Source: Candidatus Buchananbacteria bacterium (GTDB lineage Bacteria; Patescibacteriota; Patescibacteriia; 2-01-FULL-39-33). Taken from it: a stretch of DNA of 58,093 nucleotides. Below, piece by piece: positions 39,188-48,022 of the stretch. Below the pieces are notes generated by a model. It had not been told where the DNA came from. It saw nothing but the letters and a program-made list of their open reading frames with translations, and did no database searches. The DNA is taken from contig CAISTG010000060.1 in the NCBI GenBank assembly GCA_903888345.1, forward strand, positions 1 through 58,093, in the 5' to 3' direction. Position 1 is the stretch's first letter; each line of letters opens with the position of its first letter. Both the position numbers and the translations under genes were made by a program.

Positions 39188-40114
39188 TTACATTACCCAT
39201 TCCGCCACCACCGCTTTAACATCGCGGGCGGAAACTTTTAACTTTGTCGCTGGTGCCTTGAGATTACTTAATCGCACTCGACTACAAGCCTCATCAATAG
39301 CATCAATGGCTTTGTCGGGATAAGATTTGTTTTTTACATTCTTGGTGCCAGTGATTGCCATCTTAAGAGCCGAATCATCCACAATGACATTGTGATATTG
39401 TTCATAAACCGGCTTAATGCCCCGTAAAATCATTTCTGTCTGCTCATTATTAGGCTCAGCAACAAACACTGGTTGCAATCTTCTATCTAAAGTCTTGTCC
39501 TGTTTAATATATTTCAAGTATTCTTCTTTGGTGGTAGCACCAACAACTTGCAACTCACCACGAGCCAACAGCGGCTTCAAAATATCCGCAGCATTAATTG
39601 CTCCTTCCGCCTGTCCCGCCTCCGCCAAGATATGAATTTCATCAATAAATAAAATGATACTACGTTTGGCAGCTAAGATTTCATCAACTACCTTCTTCAA
39701 ACGCTGTTCAAACTCGCCCCGATACTTGGTGCCAGCTAGAATGCCAGCCAAATCCAACGCTAAAACGCGCTTCCCGTAAAGCGCACTCGAAACTTGCTTG
39801 GCGACGATACGTAAAGCTAAGCCCTCAGCAATAGCTGTTTTACCTACCCCTGGCGCTCCAACCAAAACCGGATTGTTCTTACCACGTCGTGATAAGATTT
39901 CGACAACGCGTGAGATTTCATGTTCTCTACCAATAACCGGATCAAGTTTTTTGTCTGTCGCTAGTTGGGTCAAATCACGAGCATACTTTAATAAGGTCGA
40001 GCTAGAAGAAACTCGCTCACCCGCCCCCTTGAACCAGCCGCCTTGTTTGTACATTGACCATAAAATTCCACCCAGCACAACAAGGATAACGACTAAAGAA
40101 AAATATTGGTTCAT
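39188..40114 (-). CDS. short ClpA/B/C-like AAA+ protein (NBD1 only) with an N-terminal TM anchor
   Basis: [62 protein letters not shown]; no NBD2. Confidence 0.88.
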   Translation of the reverse strand: MNQYFSLVVILVVLGGILWSMYKQGGWFKGAGERVSSSSTLLKYARDLTQLATDKKLDPVIGREHEISRVVEILSRRGKNNPVLVGAPGVGKTAIAEGLALRIVAKQVSSALYGKRVLALDLAGILAGTKYRGEFEQRLKKVVDEILAAKRSIILFIDEIHILAEAGQAEGAINAADILKPLLARGELQVVGATTKEEYLKYIKQDKTLDRRLQPVFVAEPNNEQTEMILRGIKPVYEQYHNVIVDDSALKMAITGTKNVKNKSYPDKAIDAIDEACSRVRLSNLKAPATKLKVSARDVKAVVAEWVM

Positions 40115-40184
40115 AAACGATGTTTGTATAAATAACTAATTATATTATAGCACGTTTTATTAAAACATTAAATCAGTAAATATT

Positions 40185-40280
40185 TATCATAAATCATATA
40201 ACATGAATCATGTAAGAATATAACATGGAACTGAACCGTGCTCCATCTTCCATGTTTTGTTTTCTATGTTCTGTGTTTCC
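40185..40280. repeat. low-complexity inverted array (AACATG/CATGTT-type units)
   Basis: Repeated atcat/aacatg units mirrored by catgtt/atgttc units upstream of rel. Confidence 0.5.
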
Positions 40281-40330
40281 TGCCCCCAGTGGACGAAAAC
40301 CGAAATCTTCACTATAATACCTATACTCAT

Positions 40331-41797
40331 ATGTCAGACATCAATCCCCAACAAGAGTTCGAAAAACTCCTTACTACCATTAAAGACAACCAAATTGCTG
40401 GCGATTTGGAGTTATTGCGATTGGCTTATGATTTTGCTTTTGATGCCCATGCCGGCCAGGTTCGCGCTTCCGGTGAACCCTATATTATCCATCCCCTGGC
40501 CACCGCTCAGAAATTAGCGGAAATGAAGTTGGATATGCCAACGATTATGGCCGGACTACTACATGATGTACCGGAAGATACCAAAGTTACTCTCAAAGAA
40601 ATTGAAAAGAATTTCGGTGTGGAGATTGCCAAACTAGTCGAAGGCATTACCAAGTTAGGCAAACTGAAATATCGCGGCATGGAACGCTACGCCGAAAACT
40701 TACGTAAAATGTTTGTCGCGATGTCTGAAGATATTAGAGTGATCTTAATTAAGTTCGCTGATCGTTTACACAATTTAAAAACTTTAGACGTCCTGCCTCC
40801 AGATAAGCAATTCCGTATCGCTAAAGAAACTCTAGAGATCTACGCCCCGATTGCCGATCGTTTGGCGATCGGAAAAATTAAAGGTGAACTCGAAGACTTA
40901 GCTTTTCAATACGTCTATCCAGAAGATTACAAATGGATTACGACGATTATTCCGCGCGAATATAAAATCAAAGAAAAATATTTACAAGAAGTTAAAGATA
41001 AGGTCAAGAAAAAATTAGCCGAAGAAAATATCGTCATCGATGAAATTTCGGTTCAAGGACGAACAAAACATTTATACAGTTTATACAAAAAGCTATTACG
41101 GCCGCATATCAATCGTGACCTTAATAAAATTTACGACCTGATCGCCTTGCGTTTAATTGTGCCTACTGTTGTTGATTGCTATGGCGCCCTCGGCGTCTTG
41201 CATGGCATGTTTCGACCAATGCCGGGACGTATTAAGGACTACATTGCTAATCCGAAACCCAACGGCTACCAATCATTGCACACCACCGTCTTTACTGATG
41301 ATGGTGAAATTGTTGAATTCCAAATTCGTACTCGGGAAATGCATGATCAAGCGGAATTTGGTATCGCCGCTCACTGGAACTACAAGGAGACTGGCGGCAA
41401 AACTACGGCCAAGAATATTAAATGGCTCGAGGAATTAGTTAAATGGCAAAAACAAATCACGGATAACGACCAATTCTTACAAACAGTTAAATTGGATGTC
41501 TTCCAAAATCGAATTTTTGTCTTTACGCCCAAAGGCGATGTTATTGATTTGCCCGAAGGTGCCACGCCAATTGACTTTGCCTATCACGTCCACTCCTCGC
41601 TGGGTGATAAATGTGTTGGTGCTAGAGTCAACGAACAACTAGTCAATCTTGGACATCAACTGCAATCTGGTGATATCGTCGAAATTATCACCGACAAAAA
41701 TCGTAAAACACCGAATCCTGATTGGGTCGATACCGTTAAGACCTCGATGGCTAAGAGCAAAATTAGAGCCGCCATCAATAAAATTAAGTTAAAATAA
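40331..41797 (+). CDS. rel: RelA/SpoT family (p)ppGpp synthetase/hydrolase (HD, synthetase, TGS)
   Basis: RASGEPYIIHP, LLHDVPED, KFADRLHN, RIKDYIANPKPNGYQSLHT, VFTPKGD, TPIDFAY. Start set at MSDINP, after TATAAT at 40313-40318. Confidence 0.95.
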   Translation: MSDINPQQEFEKLLTTIKDNQIAGDLELLRLAYDFAFDAHAGQVRASGEPYIIHPLATAQKLAEMKLDMPTIMAGLLHDVPEDTKVTLKEIEKNFGVEIAKLVEGITKLGKLKYRGMERYAENLRKMFVAMSEDIRVILIKFADRLHNLKTLDVLPPDKQFRIAKETLEIYAPIADRLAIGKIKGELEDLAFQYVYPEDYKWITTIIPREYKIKEKYLQEVKDKVKKKLAEENIVIDEISVQGRTKHLYSLYKKLLRPHINRDLNKIYDLIALRLIVPTVVDCYGALGVLHGMFRPMPGRIKDYIANPKPNGYQSLHTTVFTDDGEIVEFQIRTREMHDQAEFGIAAHWNYKETGGKTTAKNIKWLEELVKWQKQITDNDQFLQTVKLDVFQNRIFVFTPKGDVIDLPEGATPIDFAYHVHSSLGDKCVGARVNEQLVNLGHQLQSGDIVEIITDKNRKTPNPDWVDTVKTSMAKSKIRAAINKIKLK

Positions 41798-41826
41798 AAA
41801 ACGATTCGCCGCGGCGAATCGTTTTT
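41796..41826. terminator. bidirectional terminator
   Basis: AAAAACGATTCGCC-GC-GGCGAATCGTTTTT. Confidence 0.8.
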
Positions 41827-41836
41827 AAAAGTTCAA

Positions 41837-42049
41837 TTATGGCATAAAATACGAATCGGGAGTTGTCAGTAGAGCATCAGGAAGCTGAAGATCATTGGGT
41901 ATTTCCACGCCAGCAGTGTTAATGTTCTCAATCACGCAAGAAGCCATAGCACCCTGCCATAAAGCTCGAGTTACTAATTCGGATAATTCCCTTTTGGTCA
42001 ACTTTACTTTCTGCTGTCGCAATCCATCGTTAGCAGTGACCTCAAACAT
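41837..42049 (-). CDS. small hypothetical protein
   Basis: 70 aa, AGGAG SD 8 nt upstream of the ATG, between parB and a terminator. Confidence 0.55.
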   Translation of the reverse strand: MFEVTANDGLRQQKVKLTKRELSELVTRALWQGAMASCVIENINTAGVEIPNDLQLPDALLTTPDSYFMP

Positions 42050-42082
42050 GGCAATATCTCCTATTGGTTGTTTAAAATTTTC

Positions 42083-42979
42083 TTAGGTAATCTTCCTTAA
42101 AATCTCGTGTAGCTCCTCATTACTAAAGAACTTAATGGTAATTTGACCAGACCCACCATGGCGGCGAATTTCTACTTTAGTGCCTAAAGCCGCTGCGACC
42201 TCATTTTCCATATCTTTTATTTCGGGATCAAACTTTACATTACGCAGATGCTTTTTGACCACAACTTCCTTAGACGCCTTCTCTGCTTCACGCACCGATA
42301 ATTTACCTTCAATAATGCGTCTCATGCCTTCGAGTTGGTCCTCGATTGGCAAGCCTGCCAAAGTTCGCGCATGACCTTCCGACAATTTACCTTCCATGAT
42401 GGCCTTTTTCACTTCATCGCGCAAAGTCAGTAAGCGGATAAAATTATTAACCGCCGAAAAACTTTTGCCGACTTTTTTGGCCAGCTCCTGACGTGATAAA
42501 TTAAATTCATCCTCCAATTTCTTGTAAGCCATCGCGACTTCGAGCGCATTTAAATCCTCACGCTGTAAATTTTCAATCAGCGCTAATTCCATTTTCTTTT
42601 GTTCATCAAAATCACGAACAATAGCGCTAATAGTTTTAAAGCCGGCCAACTTCGCCGCTTTTAAACGGCGTTCTCCTGCAATCAACTCATAAACGTCAGC
42701 TGATTTTTTGCTCACCACAATCGGTTGAATTAAACCATGCTCTTTGAGGGAGTCGGCTAATTCATTTAGAGCTTCTTCAGCAAAAACTTGGCGTGGTTGA
42801 TGTGGGCTCGACATGACTTTACCAACCGGCAACTGCACAATCCGTTCATCAGTATCTAAAACATCATGCAAAGGACTAGATTCGGGGATTTGAATACTAG
42901 TCGACATGACGTCACTAGGTTTTTTATTAGGGATTAAAGAGCTAAGGCCTCTGCCCAAGCCCGAAGGTCGAGATGACAT
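42083..42979 (-). CDS. parB: chromosome partitioning protein ParB
   Basis: GLGRGLSSLI, QPRQ.F, LIAGERRLKA, ALIENLQREDL, HTH, SEGHAR. Confidence 0.96.
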   Translation of the reverse strand: MSSRPSGLGRGLSSLIPNKKPSDVMSTSIQIPESSPLHDVLDTDERIVQLPVGKVMSSPHQPRQVFAEEALNELADSLKEHGLIQPIVVSKKSADVYELIAGERRLKAAKLAGFKTISAIVRDFDEQKKMELALIENLQREDLNALEVAMAYKKLEDEFNLSRQELAKKVGKSFSAVNNFIRLLTLRDEVKKAIMEGKLSEGHARTLAGLPIEDQLEGMRRIIEGKLSVREAEKASKEVVVKKHLRNVKFDPEIKDMENEVAAALGTKVEIRRHGGSGQITIKFFSNEELHEILRKIT

Positions 42980-43033
42980 ATGATAAGTCTAAAGTTTAAA
43001 GTTAAAAGTGTTTAAAGTGGACAAAGAAGAAGT

Positions 43034-43813
43034 TTAGAACTTTGCCTGGTCGTTATCAGTTAAATATACAAACTCTCTGGCTAAGCGTTCATAAGCTTTG
43101 GCACCACGAGAATTTGGATCATAGTTTAAAATTGATTGACCGTGACTTGGCGCTTCGGATAATCTAACACTACGTGGAATAACTGAGCGGAAAATTTTAT
43201 TAGGAAAATAATTATATAATTCTTTGAGAACATCATTGGCTAAACGATAACGACTATCATACATTGTTAGTACTACTCCCAAAACATCGAGTTCTGGTTT
43301 CAAGTTTTCTTTAATTAAATTAATAGTCTCAATCAGCTGCCCCAACCCTTCTAAGGCAAAATATTCGGCCTGAACTGGAATTAAAATTTGATCAGCAGCA
43401 GTCAAGCCATTTAAAGTCAGCAAACCTAAGGAGGGTGGATTATCAATTAATATGAAATCATAATCATTTTTGATATCAAGCAAATTATCATACAGCCGAA
43501 ACTCCCGGCGATCCATATTAACGAATTCTACATTGGCTCCTGATAGTGCGGTGGTCGAGGGCGCTAAATGAAAACCTTCGTGACCCGTCTCCACTTTAAC
43601 GTCATGAAAGGAATGCGGACCAGTCAAAACTTCATAAACACCGCGCTCCAAATTCTTATCAATACCTAAGCCCGAAGTGGCATTGGATTGCGGATCGAGG
43701 TCAATCAAAAGAACCGACTTGCCAAGTTTGGCTAAGTAGGCTGCTAAATTGATCGAGGTAGTGGTTTTGCCCACACCCCCTTTTTGATTAACGATTGATA
43801 TAACTCTTCCCAT
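43034..43813 (-). CDS. parA: chromosome partitioning ATPase ParA/Soj
   Basis: NQKGGVGKTT, DLDPQSNATSGLG, D.PPSLG, LSEAPSHG. Start set at MGRVIS, after TTGCCT-17-TATAAT. Confidence 0.96.
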   Translation of the reverse strand: MGRVISIVNQKGGVGKTTTSINLAAYLAKLGKSVLLIDLDPQSNATSGLGIDKNLERGVYEVLTGPHSFHDVKVETGHEGFHLAPSTTALSGANVEFVNMDRREFRLYDNLLDIKNDYDFILIDNPPSLGLLTLNGLTAADQILIPVQAEYFALEGLGQLIETINLIKENLKPELDVLGVVLTMYDSRYRLANDVLKELYNYFPNKIFRSVIPRSVRLSEAPSHGQSILNYDPNSRGAKAYERLAREFVYLTDNDQAKF

Positions 43814-43888
43814 AACAAGGATATTATAGCATAAAGCGCTGGCCAAGGCAAAGCTAATACTTATCCCAAACTCGGTACCAATCCGAGG

Positions 43889-43917
43889 TTGACAAAAATT
43901 GTGTTTTAATATAAAAT
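43889..43917 (+). promoter_or_regulatory. promoter of the tRNA cluster
   Basis: TTGACA-17bp-TAAAAT. Confidence 0.8.
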
Positions 43918-43937
43918 AAGTATACCGATTTATTTAT

Positions 43938-44020
43938 GCCCGAGTGGCGGAACTGGTAGACGCGCACGACTCAAAATCGTGTAGGTACCCCCTGTGAGAG
44001 TTCGATTCTCTCCTCGGGCA
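43938..44020 (+). tRNA. tRNA-Leu (CAA)
   Basis: GCCCGAG/CTCGGGC acceptor, CACGA-CT CAA AA-TCGTG anticodon arm, long variable arm. Confidence 0.95.
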
Positions 44021-44035
44021 TATAAAATTTATTAT

Positions 44036-44109
44036 CGCGGGGTAGAGCAGTCTGGCAGCTCGCCTGGCTCATAACCAGGAGGTCATTGGTTCGAATCCAA
44101 TCCCCGCAA
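44036..44109 (+). tRNA. initiator tRNA-fMet (CAT)
   Basis: CGCGGGG 5' end with C1:A72 mismatch, A11:U24, CAT anticodon. Confidence 0.92.
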
Positions 44110-44119
44110 CATATAAGCT

Positions 44120-44197
44120 AGTCTCTAAAGTCAAAAGCCCATCAAGTCAATAAAGTTTTTCTTTTGAGACCAACATGACTTTTGACTTTTAGCTTTA
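44120..44197. repeat. AAAGTC/GACTTT mirrored low-complexity array
   Basis: aaagtc-type units followed by gacttt-type units between two tRNAs. Confidence 0.65.
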
Positions 44198-44209
44198 AAA
44201 ATTTAATTT

Positions 44210-44284
<75 letters not shown>

Positions 44285-44339
44285 GATTTTTTTTGGACTT
44301 TCAAATCAACGATCAGAAAAACCAACAGGAGCAGCTATC

Positions 44340-44660
44340 ATGAAAATACAGGAATTAGTGACTAATGTTATTGGTTATCTTGTTTCTAGCAACGACGAAC
44401 GCGTTGTGACTTTTGTGCGGGGCGAACATATGTTTGTTTCTGGCACCTATAATAGCGAACCGGAAACGCAATTTCTGCAACTCGTTGAACTACCCGCGCC
44501 GGTGGCACCAGGAACCATTGTATCACAAGAGCAATATGAACGATCCATGCCACTAATCAGAATCGAATTCAATGATCTCGGTTCATTAGAGGCACTAGAA
44601 CGGGCCATTGCCGTGATAAGGAAAAGACTCACTCCAGCTACTGAAGCCACTGAACCATGA
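44340..44660 (+). CDS. hypothetical protein
   Basis: 106 aa, AGGAG SD, ATGA overlap with the next ORF. Confidence 0.7.
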   Translation: MKIQELVTNVIGYLVSSNDERVVTFVRGEHMFVSGTYNSEPETQFLQLVELPAPVAPGTIVSQEQYERSMPLIRIEFNDLGSLEALERAIAVIRKRLTPATEATEP

Positions 44661-44890
44661 TTGCCCCGCCTAAGTTCAAGCCACCGCCCTTTCAGGAAAA
44701 CTTTGACCTCTTGGAGCGAGCCAGAAAAAAAATAACTGGCGCCAACAATCACAGACTAAACGGGCTAATTGCCACATATCGAGTGGCGGTTGCTATAGTC
44801 AAATATGCACGAGACCAAAAAGATTACGAAGAAATTTTAACAAAAGTCAGAGAAGCTGAAACTGACTTATTAAATAAAATTGAAAGTTGA
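44657..44890 (+). CDS. hypothetical protein
   Basis: 77 aa, coupled by ATGA overlap, followed by a terminator. Confidence 0.6.
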   Translation: MIAPPKFKPPPFQENFDLLERARKKITGANNHRLNGLIATYRVAVAIVKYARDQKDYEEILTKVREAETDLLNKIES

Positions 44891-44900
44891 ATACCGACAC

Positions 44901-44931
44901 GCGATTAGCCACAATGGTTAGTCGCTTTTTT
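44901..44931 (+). terminator. intrinsic terminator
   Basis: GCGATTAGCCA-caa-TGGTTAGTCGC followed by a T run. Confidence 0.75.
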
Positions 44932-44962
44932 ATTTTCCGCCAATTTGCTATAATATAGGTAT

Positions 44963-45487
44963 ATGTTTATAACCGTTCACGCAGCTGCCGGCGCTATTGT
45001 CGGCACTCAAATCAGTAATCCCTATTTAGCCTTTATCGCCGGAGTCGGCTTGCATTTTATCATGGACATCATCCCCCATGGTGATCGCGAATTAGGCAAA
45101 AGATTTTTTGGTTTACTCAACAAAAAACTAAGTGAGGAAGAAAAACTAAGATCCCTAGCCGCCTATGGCGTCATGGATTACTTAGTCTTGATCTTTTTCC
45201 TTATCTATTCTTTTAAGAATTTTTATTTTGCCAAAGACGATGGAGTCATCTGGGCCATGATTGGTAGTATTTTGCCTGATGTGCTCGTAGCTCTTTATAT
45301 GCTCACTAAATATAAATGGCTAAAATGGTTTTTTGACTTCCATCACTGGGTCCACCATCTAATTATCGGTCGTCTCAAACATGACATTCACCTCAAGACT
45401 GGCATCATCATGCAACTCATCGTGTTCATTATCCTGCTATTAGTCCTCAATTATATCAATAACTTTAGCCCATTAATTTCCTTTTAA
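44963..45487 (+). CDS. membrane-bound putative metal-dependent hydrolase
   Basis: M.ITVH..AG, HFIMDIIPHGD, LPD, HHWVHH histidine motifs within TMs. Confidence 0.7.
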   Translation: MFITVHAAAGAIVGTQISNPYLAFIAGVGLHFIMDIIPHGDRELGKRFFGLLNKKLSEEEKLRSLAAYGVMDYLVLIFFLIYSFKNFYFAKDDGVIWAMIGSILPDVLVALYMLTKYKWLKWFFDFHHWVHHLIIGRLKHDIHLKTGIIMQLIVFIILLLVLNYINNFSPLISF

Positions 45488-45502
45488 TCAGAAGGCTATC
45501 TT

Positions 45503-45548
45503 AAAAAACATTCGAATCAGTTTACATAAACTGATTCGAATGTTTTTT
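45503..45548. terminator. bidirectional terminator
   Basis: AAAAAACATTCGAATCAGTTTA-ca-TAAACTGATTCGAATGTTTTTT. Confidence 0.8.
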
Positions 45549-45571
45549 ATAGTTAATATTTCGGCACCAGC

Positions 45572-46690
45572 TCAAATAATCGTACCAAGAACCCGATTAA
45601 CCTCTTCAGCACTACTCTCCCAAGCGAACTGTGACGCTCTCAAATGAGCCTCAGACTTGAGCTTTTCATAACCCGCCGAATTATGCGTTATTTCTTGCAA
45701 TACCCCTAAAATCGAAGATTCTGACCCGCTATCGATATATAATGCGGCCTCGCCGCCAATTTCCGGTAAAGCGGAATTATTAGCCAAAATCAATGGTAGG
45801 TTAAATTGTAGCGCCTCAGCGGCAGGCAAACCAAAGCCCTCATATTTCGAAGGCAAAATCAGTGCGTAAGCCGATTGATATAAGGCTACCTTTTCTTCAT
45901 TACTAATAAAACCAAGATACTTAATTTTTTCTTCTCCCAATGTCTGATTAACCGACTTGATAGCGGCAAAAATTTCTTCATTTTTCCAACCGGACTTCCC
46001 TGCCAGAACTAAATCAAAATCATTATTGCCCGCCTGAACAAAATTTTTGTACGCTGCAATTAATAATAATAAATTCTTGCGTGGCTCAATCGTGCCGATG
46101 AACAAAAAATATGTCTTTGTCTCGAGGCCTACTGGAATTGCAGAGCTTACAAGTTGACGATCATAATCAAAATTACCACCCTCGTAAACAACCGTAATCT
46201 TAGTAGCGGCAATTTTAAATATCTCCATGATGTCATTTTTAGTACTCTGTGAGACAGCAATAATCTTGCTAGCGCGTCGCAATGAGACCGGCACCAGTAT
46301 CCGACGATCGAGACTAATAGCTGAATCGGGAAATAACTCAGGTATTTTATATACAGCTAAATCATGAACCGTCACTACTGATCTTCTGAAATATAATAGT
46401 GGGATAATATTAGCCGGAAACCAACAAACATCCAGCTGCTGCCACCACATCACTATTGGCACAATCAATTGCGAATAGACTAAAGGTAAATACTTTTTAT
46501 ATTTATAAAACGGTAAAATTATTACTTTAACATTAGGCTGGCGATAATTTTGCGCCGTCGCTGCATCAACAAAAAACAGCACGAACTGATCGTCGCTGTT
46601 TTGTTCGATTAAATGTTTTACAATTTGCCGTGTATACTCGCCGATGCCAGCTGGCTCGGAGATAGTACGGCAATCGATGCCAATTTTCAT
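45572..46690 (-). CDS. GT4 family glycosyltransferase
   Basis: MKIGID.R, GIGEY, VVTVHDL, FIGTIEPRKN, PSKYEGFGLP..EA. Confidence 0.93.
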   Translation of the reverse strand: MKIGIDCRTISEPAGIGEYTRQIVKHLIEQNSDDQFVLFFVDAATAQNYRQPNVKVIILPFYKYKKYLPLVYSQLIVPIVMWWQQLDVCWFPANIIPLLYFRRSVVTVHDLAVYKIPELFPDSAISLDRRILVPVSLRRASKIIAVSQSTKNDIMEIFKIAATKITVVYEGGNFDYDRQLVSSAIPVGLETKTYFLFIGTIEPRKNLLLLIAAYKNFVQAGNNDFDLVLAGKSGWKNEEIFAAIKSVNQTLGEEKIKYLGFISNEEKVALYQSAYALILPSKYEGFGLPAAEALQFNLPLILANNSALPEIGGEAALYIDSGSESSILGVLQEITHNSAGYEKLKSEAHLRASQFAWESSAEEVNRVLGTII

Positions 46691-47944
46691 TTACTTGAGA
46701 AGTTTTTTGAATCTTGCACTATCCTTAAACGGCCCAATGACCGCTAAATTTGCTTTCTTAAAATCAAAAATTTCTTCGGCCACTGCCTTAACTTCGCTAG
46801 CCTTGACTGCCATAATTTTCTTTAACTTTTCCGCTGGAGCAACTAAAGGCTTGCCTAACAATTCCAAATTACCGTAGTACTGCGCGATCGACATGGAGTC
46901 TTCTAAATCAATCGCTGTCTTGCCAGCAATATATTCCTTAGCGCGCTTTAATTCTTCTTCGGTTACTCCCACTTTCAGCTTATCTAACTCAGTCATAATC
47001 GCTTTAATCGCGAAATCAATGCGCGCCTTATCCAGTCCAGCCTGAATCACCATCGCTCCCCGATCTTCGTATAAATTCGGCCACGAGCGGATAAAATAAC
47101 ATAAACCATTCTTCTCGCGAATATTAATAAATAGTCTCGAGCTCATATTACCACCAAGAATAACGGACATTAATTGTAAGGCATAATTACGCTTGTCAGT
47201 CTGCGAAAAAGCTGGGAAACCCAAAGCTAATTGTACTTGTTCGGTATCTTTATGCTTCACGGCAACCTGCGGCGTCTTTTGTGTGGCGACTGATTTAATT
47301 ATTTTAGACTTAGTCCCCTTCTTAATGTCGAATTTCGCTTTAATTTCTTGAACATGTTTGTCGGTAAACTTACCTGCCAAAGCAATGACTAAATTAGAGC
47401 CGTTATAAAAATTATTTTTATATTTCATCATCGAAGCGCGAGTGACGGCGCGAACAGTCTCACGGCTACCGGCAATTTGATGTCCCAGCTGCGAGCCAGT
47501 AAACACCATTTCTTCTAAAACCTCTTCAATAAACATCATCGGATTATCTTCATACATATTGATCTCTTCGACAATCACGCCTTTTTCTTTCGCTAATTCT
47601 TCCGCATCAAATTTAGAGTTAATTAACATGTCAGATAACATATCAATAGCGAGTGACAGATGACGGCTGTCAGATTTGATGTAGTATCCTGTAACATCTT
47701 TACCAGTATAAGCATTATATTCTGCACCAATACCATCCAACTCTTTTGATAAATCCAAAGTCGTTGGGCGCTTCTTGGTGCCCTTAAACATCATATGCTC
47801 CACGAAATGCGAAATACCATAAATCGGCTTAGTCTCCTGGCGGCTGCCAACCTTGGTCAAAACCAGCAAACTAGCGGTTTGCGTTTCTTTAAGTGGCGAA
47901 GTAATCAAGCGAATACCATTTTTTAATGTTTGTTTTTTATGCAT
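46691..47944 (-). CDS. M16 family zinc peptidase
   Basis: HFVEHMMFKGT (HxxEH), NAYT, EEINMYED, LGGNMSSRLF..IRE. Start set at MHKKQ. Confidence 0.94.
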   Translation of the reverse strand: MHKKQTLKNGIRLITSPLKETQTASLLVLTKVGSRQETKPIYGISHFVEHMMFKGTKKRPTTLDLSKELDGIGAEYNAYTGKDVTGYYIKSDSRHLSLAIDMLSDMLINSKFDAEELAKEKGVIVEEINMYEDNPMMFIEEVLEEMVFTGSQLGHQIAGSRETVRAVTRASMMKYKNNFYNGSNLVIALAGKFTDKHVQEIKAKFDIKKGTKSKIIKSVATQKTPQVAVKHKDTEQVQLALGFPAFSQTDKRNYALQLMSVILGGNMSSRLFINIREKNGLCYFIRSWPNLYEDRGAMVIQAGLDKARIDFAIKAIMTELDKLKVGVTEEELKRAKEYIAGKTAIDLEDSMSIAQYYGNLELLGKPLVAPAEKLKKIMAVKASEVKAVAEEIFDFKKANLAVIGPFKDSARFKKLLK

Positions 47945-47985
47945 AATATGTATTAGTTTCTGGAATAATCTTAGCAAAAACCGAC

Positions 47986-48018
47986 AAAAAAAGCCACCTG
48001 CTTTAGCAAGTGGCTTTT
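47986..48018 (-). terminator. terminator after glyS
   Basis: AAAAGCCAC.TGC/GCA.GTGGCTTTT hairpin flanked by A/T runs. Confidence 0.7.
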
Positions 48019-48022
48019 ATCT

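Noticed and set aside
40238..40330. Extended N-terminus of Rel (similarly ParA, M16 peptidase, VirB6-like and the 55493 ORF)
   Set aside because: The extensions run through promoter or repeat sequence; downstream ATGs fit the family N-termini better.
42083..43930. parS site or oriC near parAB
   Set aside because: No TGTTTCACGTGAAACA-like palindrome or DnaA-box cluster was seen by eye.
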